Source: Sedimentisphaerales bacterium
GTDB taxonomy: Bacteria; Planctomycetota; Phycisphaerae; Sedimentisphaerales; Anaerobacaceae
Length of the DNA stretch: 64,000 bases
Assembly: GCA_963708075.1 (NCBI GenBank)
Contig: OY970194.1
Span: 2,208,001-2,272,000 of the forward strand
Reading direction: 5' to 3'
Part shown: positions 21,509 through 31,911 of the stretch, piece after piece
Layout of the letters: the number at the start of each line of letters is the position of its first letter
Position numbering within the stretch: position 1 is the stretch's first letter
Position numbers and translations under genes: made by a program
The notes under the pieces: model-generated
Told to the model about the DNA's origin: nothing
Seen by the model: only the letters and a program-made list of their open reading frames with translations
The model's database searches: none

Positions 21509-22903
21509 TTATTGCTGGACCTTCACCTTACTGAGATGGTACCAATCATCCGGCCGGCAGCCTTCGATGGCCAGCTTGACCTTCGGCTCATCGGTCCGCT
21601 CGTCCAGGACGGCGATCATCAAGTCGTATTCGCCTTCGCTCAGGTCCTTTGGGACAGCAACGGCGCTATCGTAGAGGTTGTCGCCGGGGAGCCATGAGCG
21701 CAGGTCCGCGCCCGTGACAAGGATCGCGTTGCTCTGTCCGTTGTTCAGGCGAAGCGCCAGGCGGAATGGGCGATAGCACGGAGCCACGCCCTGGTTCTCC
21801 CACCATGAGGTGAACTTCAACTCACTGCCGGGTTTCACCGCCGAAGGATATGTAAACTTGCGAAGGGCGAAGCGATAACCCATCTTCTTAAGCCAGCGAT
21901 CCACCTGCGGCTGCCACTCCTGCGGCACGGGCGAGGACTTGGCGTTGAACGAGGAGATGTGCCACTTCAGGGATTGGTCGATGATGTAGTCGATGTCCCA
22001 GCCCTGATCTTTCCAGTGCTGCATCACCCAGCACACCTCCAGCGTCACGGGCGCCTTCTTCCAGGCATCCTGCATGCCGAAGTTGATGATTGCCTGAGGG
22101 TAGTAGTCGCACATGTGGCACCAGGTCTTGCTGAACCCGCCCATGTCGCCGAGGCAATCCACGCGCCAACCGACATCCCGCCTGGACAAGCCGTAACGGT
22201 TTGTCTTCTCATCCGTCAGGAGCATGACCAGCGGCGTCTTCTTGAATGCATCCAGGTAACTGTCCACAAGGGCCTCACGTGTTCTCTGCGTCAATTTCTC
22301 CGAACCGGCCCCCTCGCCCCAGGCTCCAACAATCGACAGATCGACGCTCTCCAGCACAGGGTGCCCGTCGTACCGGGCCCCGAGGTCCTGCACCATGTCA
22401 CCGAAGTGCTCGACGTAGCGGGGGTCTTCCGGATTCGTCCGCCATTTCTCAGGCAGCCCCTCCTCTTTGCCAACCATCTGTCGATACCAGTCGGGCACAT
22501 CGTTGTCCGCCCCGGTCCCGTACGGAGCGATGCGGAGCAGCAGCGTTTGCCCTCGTGCGCCGGCGGTTTCGAGGGTCTTATCGATGAGGTCCCAGCGATA
22601 CTCGTCTTTGGCCGGCTCGATGAACTTCCAGTACACGCGGAAGTAGGCCAGAGAGGTCATCGGATGGCTCTCATTCTCCAAGTTGCCGCCGAATTCCTGA
22701 TGGACAATTGGGTAGCCCTCAGTCCATTTCCTGCCCTCGTTCAGCTTGTCACCGTTGAACCGCTGAAAGGTCATGAAACCTATGCCGGGATTGACTAAAA
22801 CATCATCGATCACCTTCGGCCTGACGATCACCGTGTTCTGCGAGAAGGCCGGTAATGCACAGAATAACGCCAGAACAATCCAGACCCAGCATGCAGCACG
22901 CAT
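21509..22903 (-). CDS. DUF4832-type secreted glycoside hydrolase-like protein
   Basis: Signal peptide, VLVNPGIGF, YFRVYWKFIEP, GAWGEG, KMGYRF and WENQGVAPCY. Confidence 0.7.
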   Translation of the reverse strand: MRAACWVWIVLALFCALPAFSQNTVIVRPKVIDDVLVNPGIGFMTFQRFNGDKLNEGRKWTEGYPIVHQEFGGNLENESHPMTSLAYFRVYWKFIEPAKDEYRWDLIDKTLETAGARGQTLLLRIAPYGTGADNDVPDWYRQMVGKEEGLPEKWRTNPEDPRYVEHFGDMVQDLGARYDGHPVLESVDLSIVGAWGEGAGSEKLTQRTREALVDSYLDAFKKTPLVMLLTDEKTNRYGLSRRDVGWRVDCLGDMGGFSKTWCHMCDYYPQAIINFGMQDAWKKAPVTLEVCWVMQHWKDQGWDIDYIIDQSLKWHISSFNAKSSPVPQEWQPQVDRWLKKMGYRFALRKFTYPSAVKPGSELKFTSWWENQGVAPCYRPFRLALRLNNGQSNAILVTGADLRSWLPGDNLYDSAVAVPKDLSEGEYDLMIAVLDERTDEPKVKLAIEGCRPDDWYHLSKVKVQQ

Positions 22904-22912
22904 TGCACTCTC

Positions 22913-24361
22913 CTATGGATGGATGTTTCCGGATACATGGGCACTGTTTTCCGCGATGCGGGGCGCAGCACCCAGCAGGTTATTCACGACCATGTTGTCT
23001 TTGCCGCCGGCAAGCACCAGAGGGCTTGATTTCGCATCGGGCCGATCCTCGCGAATGAGGCAGTCCGACACGCGGCTGTCCGTCACATCCTTGAGCAGCA
23101 GTCCCACGTTGTCGCAGTCCAGAATCGTGCAGCCCGTGATATTCATCCGCTTGCAGCTCTCGATCAAGAGTCCGGCCGGCTCGCGCCACACGTTCGTGAT
23201 GTGCAGAGCCGAGAGCGTGCAATCCTCGCAGTTGCGCAGAACCAGGCTGTTTTTGGCGTCGAGACTGTCGCCGTAATTGTAGCGGGGGTTGCGGTCAAAG
23301 TTGTTGGGGCCGATGATGATATTCGAGCAATCCTCCAAAAGGAGGTTGTGCGTGTATCCCATCCAGAAGGTATTGCCGGTGAGGGTCACGCCGCGACAGT
23401 CCCTCAGGTGGACGTTCACCTTCACGTCGCTCAGGACGTTGCCGGTGATGGTGATATTGCCCTCGCGAACGAGCTTGAGCTTGCTGGTGGGATTGCTGCC
23501 GCCAAGGATCCGGATGTTCGCCGAGTCCGGGGAGGGGCTGTTGTGCTGAATCGTGCAGCCGGTGATAGCCACCTCGGCCGTCCCCTCGGCGCCCCCCGTG
23601 CAGTCGATCAGGACGTTCGCGGTCGGAGGCGTCTTGGGGCTCATGTTGCTTTCGATGTCACAACCTGTGATGTGGATGTTACGCACATTGCCGGCGCGCG
23701 ACACGATGCCCCCGCCGCGATTGTAGCTGATGTGACAGCCCGTGATGTTCGACTGGTGCAGATTGGCGTTGTCATAGAAGATGCCGATCCCGCGATTCTC
23801 ATAGAGATGACAATCCGAGATGATGATGTTGCGGTTGTTGCCCACCAGGTGGATGGCGTGCAGGACATTGCGGACGTGAACGCGTGTGAGGGTCAGCTCC
23901 ATCGTCCCGACAGCCTCAACGCCTATCGCCTCGGGATGATCCCCCTCGATGGCCACGCCATCGACCAGGGGCATGCGCTGGCGTCCCCAGACATCCTTCG
24001 AGAACCCGGCAGGGTCGGCGGACTTGAAATGCGTGCCCACGAACTTGAGCACCGGCCCGGGCCCCGCCATGACGATCTGCGCCACCGCCCCGCCGTTAAT
24101 GGAGGTGTACCCGACCTTGTCCAGCTCGATTACAATCGGCTTTGTGATGCGGTACACGCCCTTGGGCAGTTGCACCAGCCCCACCCCGGCATCGACCGCC
24201 TTCTGGATCGCCGCGGTATCGTCGGCTTTGCCATCCCCCATGGCGCCGAGGCCGCGAACGTCTGTAGGGGCGGGTTTCAAACCCGCCCTCACCGTCCCCG
24301 CGCCAACCACAAGGGTGAGAATCAGCACTGAGGTCACCAGAGCGATTCCTGACCGTCTCAT
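22913..24361 (-). CDS. Secreted right-handed parallel beta-helix protein (pectate lyase superfamily)
   Basis: GAMGDGKADDTAAIQKAVD followed by many ITGC.I/ISDC repeats. Confidence 0.85.
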   Translation of the reverse strand: MRRSGIALVTSVLILTLVVGAGTVRAGLKPAPTDVRGLGAMGDGKADDTAAIQKAVDAGVGLVQLPKGVYRITKPIVIELDKVGYTSINGGAVAQIVMAGPGPVLKFVGTHFKSADPAGFSKDVWGRQRMPLVDGVAIEGDHPEAIGVEAVGTMELTLTRVHVRNVLHAIHLVGNNRNIIISDCHLYENRGIGIFYDNANLHQSNITGCHISYNRGGGIVSRAGNVRNIHITGCDIESNMSPKTPPTANVLIDCTGGAEGTAEVAITGCTIQHNSPSPDSANIRILGGSNPTSKLKLVREGNITITGNVLSDVKVNVHLRDCRGVTLTGNTFWMGYTHNLLLEDCSNIIIGPNNFDRNPRYNYGDSLDAKNSLVLRNCEDCTLSALHITNVWREPAGLLIESCKRMNITGCTILDCDNVGLLLKDVTDSRVSDCLIREDRPDAKSSPLVLAGGKDNMVVNNLLGAAPRIAENSAHVSGNIHP

Positions 24362-24423
24362 GAAGTCACTCCTGTTCTGCAGTCTGCCCGTGTCAATAGG
24401 GCGGGTTTGAAACCCGCCCCTAC
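24264..24423. repeat. GTAG-type REP doublet with 26-bp perfect inverted copies at 24264-24289 and 24398-24423
   Basis: gtaggggcgggtttcaaacccgccct and its exact reverse complement. Confidence 0.9.
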
Positions 24424-24531
24424 CGTTCGCAACATACTACTGATTTGACGCGAGAGTGGGTATTATATAAGTTGCCAATGGTCAGGAGTCGGCCATCGGA
24501 CGATGAACGATAACTGATATGGAGGTCGGCT

Positions 24532-25743
24532 ATGTCTCGCAAACTCAGCACTTGTGTTGTCTGCCTCTTCACAGTCTTCTCTTTGCTTTGCCCCGTGGCG
24601 ACCGCCCAGTCACGCCCCGGGAAGAAAATCATCGAGTACGGCTGGGACGTGCCCTATCCGGACTTCGTGCGTGACAACATCCGCGAGATGGAGAAGCGAC
24701 CCTTTGAAGGGATCATTTTCCGAACGAAGGGATTCGACCACGCCTTCGACGTGCGGCCGTGGAACAAGGCGGACCTCCAGCCGCAACTGGACACGCTGGC
24801 CCAGATCAAATGGGGCAAGTTTACGGACAATATGCTCACCCTCTATGCGGCCAACAAGTGGAACATGGACTGGTTCAACGATGAGCACTGGAAGGTCATC
24901 ACAGAGAACATGAAGCTGTTCTCGCTGGCCCTTAAGAGCGGCAACTGCGTGGGCGTGTGCTTCGATCCCGAGCCGTACGGCCAGGACCCATGGGCGTATC
25001 CCGGCTCCTACAAGGACAAAGCCTTCCCCGAGGTTGCCGAGCAGGTCCGCCGGCGGGGACAGCAGTTCATGGCCGCACTGCAGGAGCACAAGAGCGAATT
25101 GAAGGTCCTGAGCTTCTTTCTCATGGCCCTGTTCCGCGACATCGTCGATGAGCCTGACCCGAATGTCCGGGCCCAGAGGTTGCAGAAATACTCCTACGCC
25201 CTGCTGCCGGCGTTCGTCGTGGGCATGCTCGAAGGCGCCTCGCCCGGCACGATCCTCATCGACGGCAATGAATCCGCGTACTACCATGAGAACTCGCTCG
25301 AATTCTACAAGGATTACCACCTGATGCGTCAGCGGGGACAGGCCCTCGTGCCGGAGGCGCTCCGGAAGAAGTACAACACGAACGTGCAGGCCGGCATAGC
25401 CCTGTATATCGATCAGACGCTCGCCAGGCGCACCGATCGCAAGATCACAAGCAACTTCCTGAGCCCCGACCAGCAACTGAAGTTTTTCGAGCACAATGTG
25501 TACTACGCTCTGACTGCAACTGATGAGTACGTCTGGTGTTACAGCGAGCGCATGAACTGGTGGCTTCCGGCCGAGAAGGCGGGTCCCAACGGGGCTTTGC
25601 CTCCCGGCGTGGAGGAGGCCTTGGTCTCAGCCCGGCAGAAGTACGACGCGGGCAAACCCCTCGGCTACGACATCAGCGAGATGATCCAGGGCGCACGTGA
25701 AGCGAGGCGAAAAGCCGAAGCGGATTCCAGGAAGATGCCGTAA
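24532..25743 (+). CDS. Secreted hypothetical protein, possibly GH-like TIM barrel
   Basis: 403-aa ORF with GGAGG RBS, signal peptide, KKIIEYGWD and FDPEPY. Confidence 0.7.
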   Translation: MSRKLSTCVVCLFTVFSLLCPVATAQSRPGKKIIEYGWDVPYPDFVRDNIREMEKRPFEGIIFRTKGFDHAFDVRPWNKADLQPQLDTLAQIKWGKFTDNMLTLYAANKWNMDWFNDEHWKVITENMKLFSLALKSGNCVGVCFDPEPYGQDPWAYPGSYKDKAFPEVAEQVRRRGQQFMAALQEHKSELKVLSFFLMALFRDIVDEPDPNVRAQRLQKYSYALLPAFVVGMLEGASPGTILIDGNESAYYHENSLEFYKDYHLMRQRGQALVPEALRKKYNTNVQAGIALYIDQTLARRTDRKITSNFLSPDQQLKFFEHNVYYALTATDEYVWCYSERMNWWLPAEKAGPNGALPPGVEEALVSARQKYDAGKPLGYDISEMIQGAREARRKAEADSRKMP

Positions 25744-25814
25744 CTCCTGTGACAGAAAAGGTTAGCGCTCTTCTTGCAGAGGCGGGCGGCCTCGTGTAAA
25801 GTAATGTGAAGCCC

Positions 25815-25899
25815 GGAGCAGTGGCCGAGTGGCTCAAGGCGGCGGTCTTGAAAACCGTTGTACCGAAAGGTACCGGGGGTTCGAATCCCTCCTGCTCCG
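25815..25899 (+). tRNA. tRNA-Ser (TGA)
   Basis: Cloverleaf ggagcag...ctgctccg, anticodon loop ctTGAaa, long variable arm, GGTTCGAATCC; CCA not encoded. Confidence 0.95.
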
Positions 25900-25992
25900 T
25901 TTCATCAGCGGTAGTCGTGTCTACACATCTCACCACGATTTGCTATTTTCACAGAATCTTTCGCTTCGTGACAAAATACGTAGTTTTGCATA

Positions 25993-26020
25993 TTGACACT
26001 GCGTCCGTCGATGGGACAAT
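25993..26020 (+). promoter_or_regulatory. Putative sigma70 promoter with extended -10
   Basis: TTGACA-16 bp-GACAAT with a TGn extension. Confidence 0.5.
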
Positions 26021-26025
26021 GGAGA

Positions 26026-26156
26026 CTGTCGCTCGTGCAACATGATACTAAATTGGTTTCAATCGGAGTGAAACTGACATCAAGGCACGCAGCGACGGGG
26101 AGAACAGGGTGATGAACGACTGCCTTCGGGGAGTATTCCCTGTGTCTCCCTTTTTT
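26026..26156 (+). ncRNA. Candidate structured small RNA
   Basis: Long hairpin 26026-26098, then a hairpin with a UUCG-capped inner stem and a T6 tail; promoter-like site directly upstream; no ORF. Confidence 0.5.
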
Positions 26157-26291
26157 ATTTCCCGCCGTCAGACCATGCCCGATCTCGCCGATTTGTACGG
26201 AAGCGATTCATAGGAAAGATCGCCGGCGTCTCGCAGTACGAGGCGACAGCGATCTCTCTTCGTGGTATTCGCTTGCAGAGGTTACGATCCG

Positions 26292-26420
26292 CTAGTGATC
26301 GACCGTGACCTCAATCTGCTGAGTATCGGTGCTGAGATGAACGTCTTCGTCGGCGTCGATCTTGCAGCCGGCCAGGACTATGCCAACGAGAAAGAGGAGG
26401 CAAACGAGCAGCCATTTCAT
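26292..26420 (-). CDS. Small lipoprotein (42 aa)
   Basis: GGAGG RBS; MKWLLVCLLFLVGIVLAGC lipobox. Confidence 0.65.
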   Translation of the reverse strand: MKWLLVCLLFLVGIVLAGCKIDADEDVHLSTDTQQIEVTVDH

Positions 26421-26657
26421 GCGTGTACCCTCCATGGGCACAGTGCAGTTCCCATTTCCGATGCGATGCAACATACATCGCTCAAATACCCAGTTCACGT
26501 GACGCAGGACGAGACGCGGACGCCTGCCTGCGCCTTGCGAAAGAGTACGCCTGCTCAGGGACTACCGGCACCCATCCTTTTCCCTATGTGAGGGAAGGCA
26601 TTTGCCGAGACATGGGCGGCCGGTGGGATGTGGAATGAGGGGTTCCCCGCGAGTGAG

Positions 26658-26915
26658 TTACTCCTTGAGCAGCGGCTCGGAGTCCTCCTCCTGCTCGGGC
26701 GGCTCCTCGCGCGAGATCTTCTCGATGCGCTTCTCGGCCTTTTGCAGGATGCCCCGGCAGTGCTTGATCAGGGCCATGCCCTTCTCGTACTGATCGAGGC
26801 TGTCCTGCAGGGGAATCTCGCCCTGCTCGATCTTGCTCACGATGTCCTTGAGCTGGTGGATCGCCTGCTCGAAGGTCAGCTTGTTGATTTCGTCGCGGTA
26901 TTTTCGTTCAGTCAT
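26658..26915 (-). CDS. xseB: Exodeoxyribonuclease VII small subunit
   Basis: TFEQAIHQLKDIVSKIEQGEIPLQDSLDQYEKG; lies directly after xseA. Confidence 0.95.
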   Translation of the reverse strand: MTERKYRDEINKLTFEQAIHQLKDIVSKIEQGEIPLQDSLDQYEKGMALIKHCRGILQKAEKRIEKISREEPPEQEEDSEPLLKE

Positions 26916-26926
26916 GGGGTCTGCTT

Positions 26927-28339
26927 TCAATCATCGGATGCATCCGGGGTCTCGGTGTCGGCCTTGAGTTCCCTTTTCAGTTTGTCCGTAACCCGGCTTT
27001 CAATCAGATTATCATTGGCCAGCTCGGTCACCAGGAGATCGTCCGTCCGGACGTCCTCTGTGGTCCGCACGACCCGGCCCGTCTGCTTGTTCATCGTTAT
27101 GCTGTAGCCGCGGTTGAGAACCGACTTGGGGTTCAGAGCGGCCAAGCGATTCTCTCCCGCGGTGATTTTCAGTTCCCTGTTGCTCAGGACTCGCGTGACC
27201 GCGGCGAGGCTGCGGCCCTTCAATTCGTTCAGCTCCACCATCATCCTGCCGAGCAGCCGGTGCGGCTCAATTCTCGCGACCTGCTCGTAATAGTCCTGCA
27301 TCAGCTTCTGCGTCCGGATGAGCACCGTCCGCATGGCATCGCCGAGGTCCCACGTCAGATCGTCGAGATACTGCTCGCGATTGAGGACCGGCAACAAGGG
27401 AGTCCGGAACACAGCGCTGGCCAGAACAGTCCGCAGGTATTCGCAGGAGATGTCATGCCGGGCCCGCATACTGCCAGTCAGGCGTTTCTCCTGGTGAACC
27501 AGGTCACTGAGCACGTCGTCCACATTCGGCACGGCCACCACGCCCGCCTTCGTCGGCGTCGAGGCCCGGGCATCCGCCACCAGGTCGGCCACGGTCACAT
27601 CAACCTCATGGCCTACGGCGCTGATGATTGGAATCCGTGAGGCATAAATGGCGCGGGCCAGAACTTCCTCATTGAAGGCCCACAGGTCCTCCAGCGATCC
27701 GCCGCCCCGGCCGACAATCAGCACGTCCAGCTTCAGTCTCTCATTGCGCCGGTTCACGTCGCCGATAGCGGCTGCAATGGCCTCGGCCGCCCCCGGCCCC
27801 TGCACGGGCACCGGGTATAGATACAGCCGCGTGCACGGCCAGCGGTTGTGAACGCTGTCGGCGATGTCGTGCACCGCCGCGCCGGATTCGCTGGTCAGGA
27901 TGCCGATGCGCTGCGGATACTTCGGCAGCGGTTTCTTGTGCGCATCGGAGAAGAGCCCCTCCGCTTCGAGCTTCTTGACCATCTGCTCGAACGCCAATTG
28001 CAGGGCGCCCATGCCCGCCGGCATCATCTCCTCGACGATCAGCTTGTACCGGCCCTGCGGCACATACAGGTCGATGTTGCCGCTGACCACGACGGCCAGG
28101 CCGTTCGCAGGTTTGAATTTCACCCGGGCAAAGCTCGTCCGCCACATCGCACACGGCAACACCGATTCCTCGTCCTTGAGGCAGAAGTAGCGATGGCCGC
28201 TGCCGTGCTCTTTCCAGTCGGTGATCTCGCCTTTGACGGTGATCCACGCCGGCAGGTGGGTGTCCAGCACCTCCTTGACCAGCGAGTTGACCTGCGTAAC
28301 CGTGTATATCTTCGTTCTTGTCTGTGCCTGTGTCTGCAT
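26927..28339 (-). CDS. xseA: Exodeoxyribonuclease VII large subunit
   Basis: SGHRYFCLKD, GRGGGSLEDLWAFNEE, ISAVGHEVD and ASTPTKA. Confidence 0.95.
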   Translation of the reverse strand: MQTQAQTRTKIYTVTQVNSLVKEVLDTHLPAWITVKGEITDWKEHGSGHRYFCLKDEESVLPCAMWRTSFARVKFKPANGLAVVVSGNIDLYVPQGRYKLIVEEMMPAGMGALQLAFEQMVKKLEAEGLFSDAHKKPLPKYPQRIGILTSESGAAVHDIADSVHNRWPCTRLYLYPVPVQGPGAAEAIAAAIGDVNRRNERLKLDVLIVGRGGGSLEDLWAFNEEVLARAIYASRIPIISAVGHEVDVTVADLVADARASTPTKAGVVAVPNVDDVLSDLVHQEKRLTGSMRARHDISCEYLRTVLASAVFRTPLLPVLNREQYLDDLTWDLGDAMRTVLIRTQKLMQDYYEQVARIEPHRLLGRMMVELNELKGRSLAAVTRVLSNRELKITAGENRLAALNPKSVLNRGYSITMNKQTGRVVRTTEDVRTDDLLVTELANDNLIESRVTDKLKRELKADTETPDASDD

Positions 28340-28480
28340 GAGCGTTCTCAGTGAGCGGCCATCCAACGGAAACCACGTTGCCCAAAGCCATTATAAACGA
28401 TGGCCCCCCTATTCACAACCACCCGTGGTTCAAGCTGTATGACTACTCACGCAGGTTCCGAGCGGTTCTTCTGCACTTGT

Positions 28481-28582
28481 TGTCATCCTGAACGGAGCGT
28501 AGCGGAGTGAAGGATCTGGCCCGTGCACTTGAGAAGCCTCTCGTTCGTTACCCAGATCCTTTGCCTTCGGCTCAGGATGACA
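28481..28582. repeat. Palindromic element, TGTCATCCTGA...TCAGGATGACA family
   Basis: 11-bp terminal inverted repeat with inner aaggatctgg/ccagatcctt arms. Confidence 0.8.
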
Positions 28583-28619
28583 TAGTCCTGCCTCTGGAAG
28601 GTCCGCCCATCGATATCGA

Positions 28620-28880
28620 TCATCTCCTACGGCTGACTCTGAGGACGTAAACCGCAAATTCGCCCCGGACTGGAACCTGGATCAGCCCATCGCGGCAGGC
28701 AACTTTGGCCACCGGAGTACCGAATATGGCCTTGGGATCGAGCAACTCAACCGTATCACCATCACGGAGCAAATCGTCGGTCTTTACGTCGACTGCATCT
28801 GCTTTACCCCAGTTATAGACAGCCAGATATAGCCGGTTCGGATCGTATTTGTTCGGCAGCAGGATGGATTTGTCGCCCAT
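28620..28880 (-). pseudogene. Isolated C-terminal fragment of a larger protein
   Basis: ILLPNKYDPNRLYLAVYNWGK...GEFAVYVL reads like a C-terminal beta domain with no N-terminus; it lies between two palindromic elements. Confidence 0.45.
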
Positions 28881-29008
28881 CGGACGCGCTACGTTCTCCG
28901 CGAGGGCGAGATTGTCCTGCTGGACGGCCTTGCGGTAACCATACTACGTGCACACATCGCGGTAATCTCCTTTTGAATCGAGAGCCTCCAAACCATGAAG
29001 CCTGACAG

Positions 29009-29081
29009 GTCATTCCCGCGAAGGCGGGAATCCATCCACCTATCGAACGGTCCTGGCCTCCCGCCTGCGCGGGGGTGACAT
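29009..29081. repeat. Palindromic element, second copy of 12032-12106
   Basis: gtcattcccgcgaaggcgggaatcca...cacctatcgaacg...cccgcctgcgcgggggtgacat. Confidence 0.85.
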
Positions 29082-29268
29082 AATGAGGTTTACTCTGTCA
29101 GAGGGTCACAAGTCAGGACCCTCGGTTTTCTCTTGCTCGTCCGGCGGGCACGGGGTTAGTATCGTTCCTGATCGCCGCCGGTGATCGGCCTCTTGACAGA
29201 TTACCGCCGGGCGAGGCAAACATCCATATGGAAAACGAGCGACTGCAATGCTCAAAGGAGACGACATC

Positions 29269-30549
29269 ATGTCACGCATCCGACACGAACTCCCATGCGT
29301 CACGACCATTCTGCTGGCGAGCTTATTCACAGCCGTGGGCGTCGCCCAGGAGGCGAACTACGATGAGGCGAAGGTGCCCAGGTACACGTTGCCTGACCCG
29401 CTGGTCTGTGCGGATGGGACGAAGGTCACGGACGCTCAGACGTGGCAGCAGAAGCGGCGGGCGGAGATTCTCAAGCTCTTTGAAGAGCACATGTTCGGCA
29501 AGGCCCCGGGCAAGCCGCAGGCGATGACGTTCGTCACCACGTCGGTCAGCAAGAACGCCCTCGACGGCCGAGCCACACGCAAGGAGGTCACGGTCTACTT
29601 CACCGGCCGTGAGCAGGACCCGAATATGAGCATCCTGATCTACCTGCCCAACAGCGGGCCCAAGCCGGTGCCGCTGTTTATCGGGCTGAACTTCGGCGGC
29701 AACCACGCGATCCACACCGACCCGGGCATCACGATCACCAAGAGTTGGATGCGCAGCGACGGCGACCACCGTGCGACGGCGGACTCCCGCGGCAAGGAAG
29801 CCAGTCGTTGGCCGGTGGAGCGCATCCTCGAACGCGGCTACGGCCTGGCGACGATCTACTACGGCGATATCGACCCCGACTTCGACGACGGCTTCAAGAA
29901 TGGCGTTCACCCGCTGTACTACAAGGAAGGCCAGACCAAGCCTGCCCCGGATGAATGGGGCTCCATCGCCGCCTGGGCCTGGGGCTTGAGCCGGGCACTG
30001 GATTATCTTGAGACTGATCCGGACGTCGATTCCAAGCGCGTCGCCGTCATGGGCCATTCCCGACTCGGTAAGACTGCCCTATGGGCCGGGGCGGAGGACG
30101 AACGATTCGCCCTGGTGATCTCGAACGATTCCGGCTGCGGCGGTGCAGCCCTTTCCCGCCGGGCGTTCGGCGAGACCGTCGAGCGCATCAACAAGTCCTT
30201 CCCCCACTGGTTCTGCGACAACTTCAACAAGTACAACGGCAAAGAAGATGAGTTGCCCATCGACCAGCACGAACTGATCGCCCTGATGGCGCCGAGGCCT
30301 GTGTACGTGGCCAGCGCCGAGGAGGACCGCTGGGCCGACCCGCGAGGCGAGTTCCTCTCCGCCAGGGACGCCACGCCTGTCTACAAGCTCTTCGGCAAAG
30401 AGGGCCTGCCCGCCGAGGACATGCCCGCCGTCAGCAAGCCGGCGATAGGCACCATCGGCTACCACATCCGCCCCGGCAAGCACGACGTCACCAACTACGA
30501 CTGGGATCGTTACATGGACTTCGCCGACATGCACTTGAAGGCCAAATGA
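29269..30549 (+). CDS. Glucuronoyl esterase (CE15)-type alpha/beta hydrolase, secreted
   Basis: [33 protein letters not shown] catalytic motif, LPIDQHEL and WADPRGE. Confidence 0.88.
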   Translation: MSRIRHELPCVTTILLASLFTAVGVAQEANYDEAKVPRYTLPDPLVCADGTKVTDAQTWQQKRRAEILKLFEEHMFGKAPGKPQAMTFVTTSVSKNALDGRATRKEVTVYFTGREQDPNMSILIYLPNSGPKPVPLFIGLNFGGNHAIHTDPGITITKSWMRSDGDHRATADSRGKEASRWPVERILERGYGLATIYYGDIDPDFDDGFKNGVHPLYYKEGQTKPAPDEWGSIAAWAWGLSRALDYLETDPDVDSKRVAVMGHSRLGKTALWAGAEDERFALVISNDSGCGGAALSRRAFGETVERINKSFPHWFCDNFNKYNGKEDELPIDQHELIALMAPRPVYVASAEEDRWADPRGEFLSARDATPVYKLFGKEGLPAEDMPAVSKPAIGTIGYHIRPGKHDVTNYDWDRYMDFADMHLKAK

Positions 30550-30570
30550 GAACCTGAGCAGGAGCAGACT

Positions 30571-31878
30571 ATGAGAGTTGGACTGTCTGTCAATCGGTTA
30601 TGGCTACCCGCCATGCTGTCGCTGTTCGCCATCGGCGCCACTCGCGCGGCGTCGGAGTCGGCGTCGATAGCGGAGAAGTATGTGCCCAGGCTGGAGAAGA
30701 TTCTCACGGAGAACATCGAGCCGTTCTGGCATGACAAGAGTCTGGACCGGCAGAACGGTGGGTATATCATCAGCTTCGACCAGCAAGGGAAGTTGAAGGA
30801 GCCGGTGACGAAGATGATCGTCACACAGGCCCGGCAGGTGTGGCTGTTCTCACGGCTGGCCAGAGCGGGCTATGAGCCGCAGAAGCATCTGGAGGCCGCA
30901 AAGCTCGGGTATCGGTTTCTGAGAGATAAGATGTGGGACTCGACAAACGGCGGGTTCTACTGGGAGGTGGACATCACCGGCGACAAGAAGCTCAAATCAA
31001 ACAAGCACCTCTACGGCCAGTCCTTCGCACTCTACGCGATTTCCGAATATGCGCTCGCCAGCGGGGACAAGGAGGCCTTGGACTTCGCCATCCGCTTCTT
31101 CAACCTGCTGGAAGAGAAGTCTCACGACAAAGTCCACGGCGGCTATATCGAATCATTCAGTCCGGACTGGACTCCCCTGCCCGCAAGCGACAACTCCTAC
31201 ATGGGCGCGCCCTCGGACCTGAAACTGATGAATACGCACCTGCACCTGCTTGAAGCGATGACGACGTTCTATCGCGCCAGCAAGCTGCCGGCCGCCCGCG
31301 AGCGGCTGCTGGAGCTGATCAATATTGAGAGCAACACCGTCGTGCGAAAGAACCTCGGCGCGTGCACCGATAAGTACGACCGGGACTGGACGGCGAGGCT
31401 GGACAATAACTACGCCCGCGTCTCCTACGGCCACGATATCGAGAACATCTGGCTGCTGATGGACGCGTGCGACGCTGCGACCCTATCGAACTACCCCTTC
31501 ATGGACCTGTACAAGACGCTCTTCGAGTACTCGCTGAAGTACGGCTACGATGCGGCCAACGGCGGCTTCTACTATACCGGCCCGTTCAACGCCCCCGCCG
31601 ACGACCGCAGCAAATCCTGGTGGGTTCAGGCCGAGACAATCGTCAGCGCCCTGCACATGCACCAGTACACGAAAGACCCCAAGTACTTGTCGATCTTCGA
31701 GAAGACCTTTGAGCTGATCGAGACAAAAATGGTGGACTGGGACACCGGCGAATGGTTCGGCACCATCACGCCCGAGGGCCGACCGCAGGGCGACAAGGCC
31801 AACCCGTGGAAGGCCGGCTACCACAACGGCCGGGCCATGATCGAATGCATTGAAATCCTCAAGGCCTGGAAGAACTGA
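30571..31878 (+). CDS. AGE family epimerase (cellobiose 2-epimerase-like) with a signal peptide
   Basis: QARQVWLFS, KHLYGQSF, MNTHLHLLEA, SYGHDIE, WWVQAE and WKAGYHNGRA. Confidence 0.9.
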   Translation: MRVGLSVNRLWLPAMLSLFAIGATRAASESASIAEKYVPRLEKILTENIEPFWHDKSLDRQNGGYIISFDQQGKLKEPVTKMIVTQARQVWLFSRLARAGYEPQKHLEAAKLGYRFLRDKMWDSTNGGFYWEVDITGDKKLKSNKHLYGQSFALYAISEYALASGDKEALDFAIRFFNLLEEKSHDKVHGGYIESFSPDWTPLPASDNSYMGAPSDLKLMNTHLHLLEAMTTFYRASKLPAARERLLELINIESNTVVRKNLGACTDKYDRDWTARLDNNYARVSYGHDIENIWLLMDACDAATLSNYPFMDLYKTLFEYSLKYGYDAANGGFYYTGPFNAPADDRSKSWWVQAETIVSALHMHQYTKDPKYLSIFEKTFELIETKMVDWDTGEWFGTITPEGRPQGDKANPWKAGYHNGRAMIECIEILKAWKN

Positions 31879-31911
31879 CCTGCATGAAACAGCGTTGAAA
31901 GGAACCAAACG

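Noticed and set aside
25815..26300. tRNA-Ser as the integration site of an island
   Set aside because: No integrase next to it and no duplicated tRNA 3' end seen in the window.
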